From the NCBI RefSeq assembly GCF_902652985.1, contig NC_047016.1, forward strand, positions 39,804,001 through 39,868,000: DNA of 64,000 nucleotides. Reading direction: 5' to 3'. Of the stretch, positions 39,001 through 48,000 are shown in pieces. Position numbers and translations under genes: made by a program. Origin of the DNA: Pecten maximus. Taxonomy: Eukaryota. The notes under the pieces were generated by a model. It did not search any database. It was not told the DNA's origin and saw only the letters and a program-made list of their open reading frames with translations. Numbering within the stretch: position 1 is the first letter of the stretch; each line of letters starts with the position of its first letter.

Positions 39001-42000
39001 TAGTTGTTGTCTCTGTAGGACCAGTAGTGGTTGTAGGACCGGTAGTTGTTGTCACTGTAGGACCAGCAGTGGTTGTAGGACTAGTAGTTGTTGACTCTGT
39101 AGGACCAGCAGTGGTTGTAGGTGCAGAAGTTGTTGTCACTGTAGGACCAGCAGTGGTTGTCGGACCGGTAGTTGTTGTCTCTGTAGGACCAGCAGTGGTT
39201 GTCGGACCAGTAGTAGTTGTTGTCACTGTAGAACCAGCAGTGGTTGTAGGACCAGTAGTTGTTGTCACTGTAGGACCAGTAGTTGTTGTCACTGTAGGAC
39301 CAGTAGTAGTTGTTGTCACTGTAGGACCAGCAGTGGTTGTAGGACCAGTAGTTGTTGTCACTGTAGGACCAGTAGTTGTTGTCACTGTAGGACCAGTAGT
39401 TGTTGACTCTGTAGGACCAGTAGTTGTTGTCACTGTAGGACCAGTAGTAGTTGTTGACTCTGTAGGACCAGTAGTTGTTGTCACCGTAGGACCAGTAGTT
39501 GTTGACTCTGTAGGACCAGTAGTTGTTGTCACTGTAGGACCAGTAGTAGTTGTTGACTCTGTAGGACCAGTAGTTGTTGTCACTGTAGGACCAGTAGTAG
39601 TTGTTGACTCTGTAAGATTAAAACCAACAAATAGTGATAAGTAAGATTTCTATGAGACTCTAGGATTAATTCTTTGTTCGAATGATAACCTGATGTTGAT
39701 GTCAATAAGGGCTTTTGGTTCAATGTTGTAGGTTTTTTGAGAAATGCCTATGGGACACGATCAGGTCAGGTATTGTGTAATTAATCAGTTATCGCTAAGA
39801 CAAAATTTCCAAAGCGGTCAATAACATGTGAACTTTGACCTTGGCCAATGATCAATTTTATTTAATCAAAAGGATTAGTTGATGTTACTATGACAAGCTT
39901 TTTACTCTCTTAATTTCAAAATTGACATTTGTCTTCAGTGATGAGAACAAGAAGAAGAAGAAGGAGAAGGAGAAGAAGAAGAAGAAGAAGAAGAAGAAGA
40001 AGAAGAAGAAGAAGAAGAAGAGCCATGTGTGACGTTAGTCAAAATTGTTGATATCATTTAGAAATCCTATCATCTTTTTTAATCAACAATATTTTGATTA
40101 CATACCTGAAAAAGTGGTTCCTGGTGTGGTGGTACCTAAAACATCAAATGTTAAAATATAAAAGTTCGAACACAAAATGCCATTAACTGAAAAAAAAACA
40201 TCTGTTAAACAAACTTGGCTTGATATTCAAAATGAACAATTTTGGTAAGGCATCAACATTTTACTCTAGCGAAAATTTCGAAATAGATAGCGGCCATCAA
40301 TTGAGGATATAAAGAGATGTGTGCTTATTGATAAACTTAAGTTGTAACAACGACAGTACTTGTTATTATTGTTGGTACATCTGTAGTAGTGGTTACACCA
40401 GCAGTACTGGTCGTTGCTGGTACATCTGTAGTAGTGGTAACACCGGCAGTACTGGTCGTTGGTACATCGTNNNNNNNNNNNNNNNNNNNNNNNNNNNNNN
40501 NNNNNNNNNNNNNNNNNNNNNNNNNNNNNNNNNNNNNNNNNNNNNNNNNNNNNNNNNNNNNNNNNNNNNNNNNNNNNNNNNNNNNNNNNNNNNNNNNNNN
40601 NNNNNNNNNNNNNNNNNNNNNNNNNNNNNNNNNNNNNNNNNNNNNNNNNNNNNNNNNNNNNNNNNNNNNNNNNNNNNNNNNNNNNNNNNNNNNNNNNNNN
40701 NNNNNNNNNNNNNNNNNNNNNNNNNNNNNNNNNNNNNNNNNNNNNNNNNNNNNNNNNNNNNNNNNNNNNNNNNNNNNNNNNNNNNNNNNNNNNNNNNNNN
40801 NNNNNNNNNNNNNNNNNNNNNNNNNNNNNNNNNNNNNNNNNNNNNNNNNNNNNNNNNNNNNNNNNNNNNNNNNNNNNNNNNNNNNNNNNNNNNNNNNNNN
40901 NNNNNNNNNNNNNNNNNNNNNNNNNNNNNNNNNNNNNNNNNNNNNNNNNNNNNNNNNNNNNNNNNNNNNNTTTTAACACCGCAGTACTGGTCGTTGTTGG
41001 TACATCTGTAGTAGTGGTAACACCGGCAGTACTGGTCGTTGTTGGTACATCTGTAGTAGTGGTAACACCGGCAGTACTGGTCGTTGTTGGTACATCTGTA
41101 GTAGTGGTAACACCGGCAGTACTGGTCGTTGTTGGTACATCTGTAGTAGTGGTTAACACCGGCAGTACTGGTCGTTGTTGGTACATCTGTAGTAGTGGTA
41201 ACACCGGCAGTACTGGTCGTTGTTGGTACATCTGTAGTAGTGGTAACACCGGCAGTACTGGTCGTTGTTGGTACATCTGTAGTAGTGGTTAACACCGGCA
41301 GTACTGGTCGTTGTTGGTACATCTGTAGTAGTGGTAACACCGGCAGTACTGGTCGTTGTTGGTACATCTGTAGTAGTGGTAACACCGGCAGTACTGGTCG
41401 TTGTTGGTACATCTGTAGTAGTGGTAACACCGGCAGTACTGGTCGTTGTTGGTACATCTGTAGTAGTGGTAACACCGGCAGTACTGGTCGTTGTTGGTAC
41501 ATCTGTAGTAGTGGTAACACCGGCAGTACTGGTCGTTGTTGGTACATCTGTAGTAGTGGTAACACCGGCAGTACTGGTCGTTGTTGGTACATCTGTAGTA
41601 GTGGTAACACCGGCAGTACTGGTCGTTGTTGGTACATCTGTAGTAGTGGTAACACCGGCAGTACTGGTCGTTGTTGGTACATCTGTAGTAGTGGTAACAC
41701 CGGCAGTACTGGTCGTTGTTGGTACATCTGTAGTAGTGGTAACACCGGCAGTACTGGTCGTTGTTGGTACATCTGTAGTAGTGGTTAACACCGGCAGTAC
41801 TGGTCGTTGTTGGTACATCTGTAGTAGTGGTAACACCGGCAGTACTGGTCGTTGTTGGTACATCTGTAGTAGTGGTAACACCGGCAGTACTGGTCGTTGT
41901 TGGTACATCTGTAGTAGTGGTAACACCGGCAGTACTGGTCGTTGTTGGTACATCTGTAGTAGTGGTAACACCGGCAGTACTGGTCGTTGTTGGTACATCT

Positions 42001-45000
42001 GTAGTAGTGGTAACACCGGCAGTACTGGTCGTTGTTGGTACATCTGTAGTAGTGGTAACACCGGCAGTACTGGTCGTTGTTGGTACATCTGTAGTAGTGG
42101 TTACACCGGCAGTACTGGTCGTTGTTGGTACATCTGTAGTAGTGGTTACACCGGCAGTACTGGTCGTTGTTGGTACATCTGTAGTAGTGGTAACACCGGC
42201 AGTACTGGTCGTTGTTGGTACATCTGTAGTAGTGGTAACACCGGCAGTACTGGTCGTTGTTGGTACATCTGTAGTAGTGGTAACACCGGCAGTACTGGTC
42301 GTTGTTGGTACATCTGTAGTAGTGGTAACACCGGCAGTACTGGTCGTTGTTGGTACATCTGTAGTAGTGGTAACACCGGCAGTACTGGTCGTTGTTGGTA
42401 CATCTGTAGTAGTGGTACACCGGCAGTACTGGTCGTTGTTGGTACATCTGTAGTAGTGGTAACACCGGCAGTACTGGTCGTTGTTGGTACATCTGTAGTA
42501 GTGGTAACACCGGCAGTACTGGTCGTTGTTGGTACATCTGTAGTAGTGGTAACACCGGCAGTACTGGTCGTTGTTGGTACATCTGTAGTAGTGGTAACAC
42601 CGGCAGTACTGGTCGTTGTTGGTACATCTGTAGTAGTGGTAACACCGGCAGTACTGGTCGTTGTTGGTACATCTGTAGTAGTGGTACACCGGCAGTACTG
42701 GTCGTTGTTGGTACATCTGTAGTAGTGGTAACACCGGCAGTACTGGTCGTTGTTGGTACATCTGTAGTAGTGGTAACACCGGCAGTACTGGTCGTTGTTG
42801 GTACATCTGTAGTAGTGGTAACACCGGCAGTACTGGTCGTTGTTGGTACATCTGTAGTAGTGGTTAACACCGGCAGTACTGGTCGTTGTTGGTACATCTG
42901 TAGTAGTGGTAACACCGGCAGTACTGGTCGTTGTTGGTACATCTGTAGTAGTGGTAACACCGGCAGTACTGGTCGTTGTTGGTACATCTGTAGTAGTGGT
43001 AACACCGGCAGTACTGGTCGTTGTTGGTACATCTGTAGTAGTGGTAACACCGGCAGTACTGGTCGTTGTTGGTACATCTGTAGTAGTGGTAACACCGGCA
43101 GTACTGGTCGTTGTTGGTACATCTGTAGTAGTGGTAACACCGGCAGTACTGGTCGTTGTTGGTACATCTGTAGTAGTGGTACACCGGCAGTACTGGTCGT
43201 TGTTGGTACATCTGTAGTAGTGGTAACACCGGCAGTACTGGTCGTTGTTGGTACATCTGTAGTAGTGGTAACACCGGCAGTACTGGTCGTTGTTGGTACA
43301 TCTGTAGTAGTGGTAACACCGGCAGTACTGGTCGTTGTTGGTACATCTGTAGTAGTGGTAACACCGGCAGTACTGGTCGTTGTTGGTACATCTGTAGTAG
43401 TGGTAACACCGGCAGTACTGGTCGTTGTTGGTACATCTGTAGTAGTGGTAACACCGGCAGTACTGGTCGTTGTTGGTACATCTGTAGTAGTGGTTACACC
43501 GGCAGTACTGGTCGTTGTTGGTACATCTGTAGTAGTGGTAACACCGGCAGTACTGGTCGTTGTTGGTACATCTGTAGTAGTGGTAACACCGGCAGTACTG
43601 GTCGTTGTTGGTACATCTGTAGTAGTGGTTACACCGGCAGTACTGGTCGTTGTTGGTACATCTGTAGTAGTGGTAACACCGGCAGTACTGGTCGTTGTTG
43701 GTACATCTGTAGTAGTAGTAACACTGGCGGTACCGGTCGTTGTTGGTGCATCTGTAGTAGTGGTTACACCGGCAGTACTGGTCGTTGTTGGTACATCTGT
43801 AGTAGTGGTAACACCGGCAGTACTGGTCGTTGTTGGTACATCTGTAGTAGTGGTAACACCGGCAGTACTGGTCGTTGTTGGTACATCTGTAGTAGTGGTT
43901 ACACCGGCAGTACTGGTCGTTGTTGGTACATCTGTAGTAGTGGTACACCGGCAGTACTGGTCGTTGTTGGTACATCTGTAGTAGTGGTAACACCGGCAGT
44001 ACTGGTCGTTGTTGGTACATCTGTAGTAGTGGTAACACCGGCAGTACTGGTCGTTGTTGGTACATCTGTAGTAGTGGTAACACCGGCAGTACTGGTCGTT
44101 GTTGGTACATCTGTAGTAGTGGTAACACCGGCAGTACTGGTCGTTGTTGGTACATCTGTAGTAGTGGTAACACCGGCAGTACTGGTCGTTGTTGGTACAT
44201 CTGTAGTAGTGGTAACACCGGCAGTACTGGTCGTTGTTGGTACATCTGTAGTAGTGGTAACACCGGCAGTACTGGTCGTTGTTGGTACATCTGTAGTAGT
44301 GGTACACCGGCAGTACTGGTCGTTGTTGGTACATCTGTAGTAGTGGTAACACCGGCAGTACTGGTCGTTGTTGGTACATCTGTAGTAGTGGTAACACCGG
44401 CAGTACTGGTCGTTGTTGGTACATCTGTAGTAGTGGTAACACCGGCAGTACTGGTCGTTGTTGGTACATCTGTAGTAGTGGTAACACCGGCAGTACTGGT
44501 CGTTGTTGGTACATCTGTAGTAGTGGTAACACCGGCAGTACTGGTCGTTGTTGGTACATCTGTAGTAGTGGTAACACCGGCAGTACTGGTCGTTGTTGGT
44601 ACATCTGTAGTAGTGGTTACACCGGCAGTACTGGTCGTTGTTGGTACATCTGTAGTAGTGGTTACACCGGCAGTACTGGTCGTTGTTGGTACATCTGTAG
44701 TAGTGGTAACACCGGCAGTACTGGTCGTTGTTGGTACATCTGTAGTAGTGGTAACACCGGCAGTACTGGTCGTTGTTGGTACATCTGTAGTAGTGGTAAC
44801 ACCGGCAGTACTGGTCGTTGTTGGTACATCTGTAGTAGTGGTAACACCGGCAGTACTGGTCGTTGTTGGTACATCTGTAGTAGTGGTAACACCGGCAGTA
44901 CTGGTCGTTGTTGGTACATCTGTAGTAGTGGTAACACCGGCAGTACTGGTCGTTGTTGGTACATCTGTAGTAGTGGTAACACCGGCAGTACTGGTCGTTG

Positions 45001-48000
45001 TTGGTACATCTGTAGTAGTGGTAACACCGGCAGTACTGGTCGTTGTTGGTACATCTGTAGTAGTGGTAACACCGGCAGTACTGGTCGTTGTTGGTACATC
45101 TGTAGTAGTGGTTACACCGGCAGTACTGGTCGTTGTTGGTACATCTGTAGTAGTGGTAACACCGGCAGTACTGGTCGTTGTTGGTACATCTGTAGTAGTG
45201 GTAACACCGGCAGTACTGGTCGTTGTTGGTACATCTGTAGTAGTGGTAACACCGGCAGTACTGGTCGTTGTTGGTACATCTGTAGTAGTGGTAACACCGG
45301 CAGTACTGGTCGTTGTTGGTACATCTGTAGTAGTGGTTACACCGGCAGTACTGGTCGTTGTTGGTACATCTGTAGTAGTGGTAACACCGGCAGTACTGGT
45401 CGTTGTTGGTACATCTGTAGTAGTGGTAACACCGGCAGTACTGGTCGTTGTTGGTACATCTGTAGTAGTGGTAACACCGGCAGTACTGGTCGTTGTTGGT
45501 ACATCTGTAGTAGTGGTAACACCGGCAGTACTGGTCGTTGTTGGTACATCTGTAGTAGTGGTACACCGGCAGTACTGGTCGTTGTTGGTACATCTGTAGT
45601 AGTGGTAACACCGGCAGTACTGGTCGTTGTTGGTACATCTGTAGTAGTGGTAACACCGGCAGTACTGGTCGTTGTTGGTACATCTGTAGTAGTGGTAACA
45701 CCGGCAGTACTGGTCGTTGTTGGTACATCTGTAGTAGTGGTACACCGGCAGTACTGGTCGTTGTTGGTACATCTGTAGTAGTGGTAACACCGGCAGTACT
45801 GGTCGTTGTTGGTACATCTGTAGTAGTGGTTACACCGGCAGTACTGGTCGTTGTTGGTACATCTGTAGTAGTGGTAACACCGGCAGTACTGGTCGTTGTT
45901 GGTACATCTGTAGTAGTGGTAACACCGGCAGTACTGGTCGTTGTTGGTACATCTGTAGTAGTGGTAACACCGGCAGTACTGGTCGTTGTTGGTACATCTG
46001 TAGTAGTGGTACACCGGCAGTACTGGTCGTTGTTGGTACATCTGTAGTAGTGGTAACACCGGCAGTACTGGTCGTTGTTGGTACATCTGTAGTAGTGGTA
46101 ACACCGGCAGTACTGGTCGTTGTTGGTACATCTGTAGTAGTGGTAACACCGGCAGTACTGGTCGTTGTTGGTACATCTGTAGTAGTGGTAAACCGGCAGT
46201 ACTGGTCGTTGTTGGTACATCTGTAGTAGTGGTAACACCGGCAGTACTGGTCGTTGTTGGTACATCTGTAGTAGTGGTAACACCGGCAGTACTGGTCGTT
46301 GTTGGTACATCTGTAGTAGTGGTAACACCGGCAGTACTGGTCGTTGTTGGTACATCTGTAGTAGTGGTAACACCGGCAGTACTGGTCGTTGTTGGTACAT
46401 CTGTAGTAGTGGTAACACCGGCAGTACTGGTCGTTGTTGGTACATCTGTAGTAGTGGTAACACCGGCAGTACTGGTCGTTGTTGGTACATCTGTAGTAGT
46501 GGTACACCGGCAGTACTGGTCGTTGTTGGTACATCTGTAGTAGTGGTAACACCGGCAGTACTGGTCGTTGTTGGTACATCTGTAGTAGTGGTACACCGGC
46601 AGTACTGGTCGTTGTTGGTACATCTGTAGTAGTGGTAACACCGGCAGTACTGGTCGTTGTTGGTACATCTGTAGTAGTGGTACACCGGCAGTACTGGTCG
46701 TTGTTGGTACATCTGTAGTAGTGGTAACACCGGCAGTACTGGTCGTTGTTGGTACATCTGTAGTAGTGGTAACACCGGCAGTACTGGTCGTTGTTGGTAC
46801 ATCTGTAGTAGTGGTAACACCGGCAGTACTGGTCGTTGTTGGTACATCTGTAGTAGTGGTAACACCGGCAGTACTGGTCGTTGTTGGTACATCTGTAGTA
46901 GTGGTAACACCGTCAGTGCTGGTCGTTGTTGGTACTCTCTGTATTAGTGGTTACAACCGGCAGGTACTGGTCGTTTTTGGTACAATCTGTAGTCGTGGTT
47001 ACAACACCGGCAAGTACTGTCGTTGTTGGTACATCTGGGGGTTCGTAGATGTTGTATTAGTCGTTTCCTCCGTACTTGTTGGTATAGATGTGGTGTGAAT
47101 GTTTGTTGATGTTTGTGGACTGATTGTTATTTTTATCAGCTGGCCGCAATTATCCTATTGTTACCCCCAAACGGGCTTTTCCATAGGTCGTGTAAACTTC
47201 TCTGGAAACAGAACAAAAAATATTTTCAATTAAATCGATGTGAACCTAGAAATATCCTAAACTGATTTTGATAAGAAAAATAGTCAATTAAATGTTTTAA
47301 TAAAACCATGGAAAAAAAGAAAACCTAACTCCTATGGCAAGATCCACATCATCAAGTCATTTATGATTATCCCAATTTAACCACTTATTTACATCTCTTC
47401 CTAACAAGTGAAAAGGTGATAATGAATACATTCATTAATTATTCGAATTCTTAATATGGATAGTAACACTGACAAAGTTAAAAGACGCATTGTTTGTTCA
47501 AAGATCAGTGTAAAGGAGGTTGAAAATGATAAATCTAGATGCAATTTTATAACTCTCTGAAATTGGGGTTGGGTCAGAAACTTATAACACTGAAGGGAAT
47601 GGAAAATCATCTTAAAGAGGAATTTTGATGTGCTCTTCTATAATTGGTGGGGAATATCTATCCACTGTAGTATATTATGTACTAATCATTTTTGGGTGAC
47701 GTTTTCCATGCCCTGGTATAATTGATTAACGTCTAGAAGGGAAATAAGAACCGCCACAAAATTCATTTTTGACACGATGAATTGGGGATAATGACATAAC
47801 GGTGCTGGTAAACCTGTGTTCTATAAATCATTTTATAATCAAGATACATCAATTTGAAGACCTTCTAAAGAGTTCAGAGGACTAACTTTCTATTTCATTT
47901 GAAGAACTTCACTAGATAGCAATTACATACAAATTTTTTCAGTTCCAAGGATTAATATTCTGCAGTTCGGAAATGTTCGGCCAGATCCTCTACCACAGCC

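Noticed and set aside
31698-39644. Long plus-strand Val-rich ORFs (VVVGPAVVV) and CCHCRTSS ORFs
   Set aside because: Antisense or alternative-frame shadows of the Thr-codon repeats.
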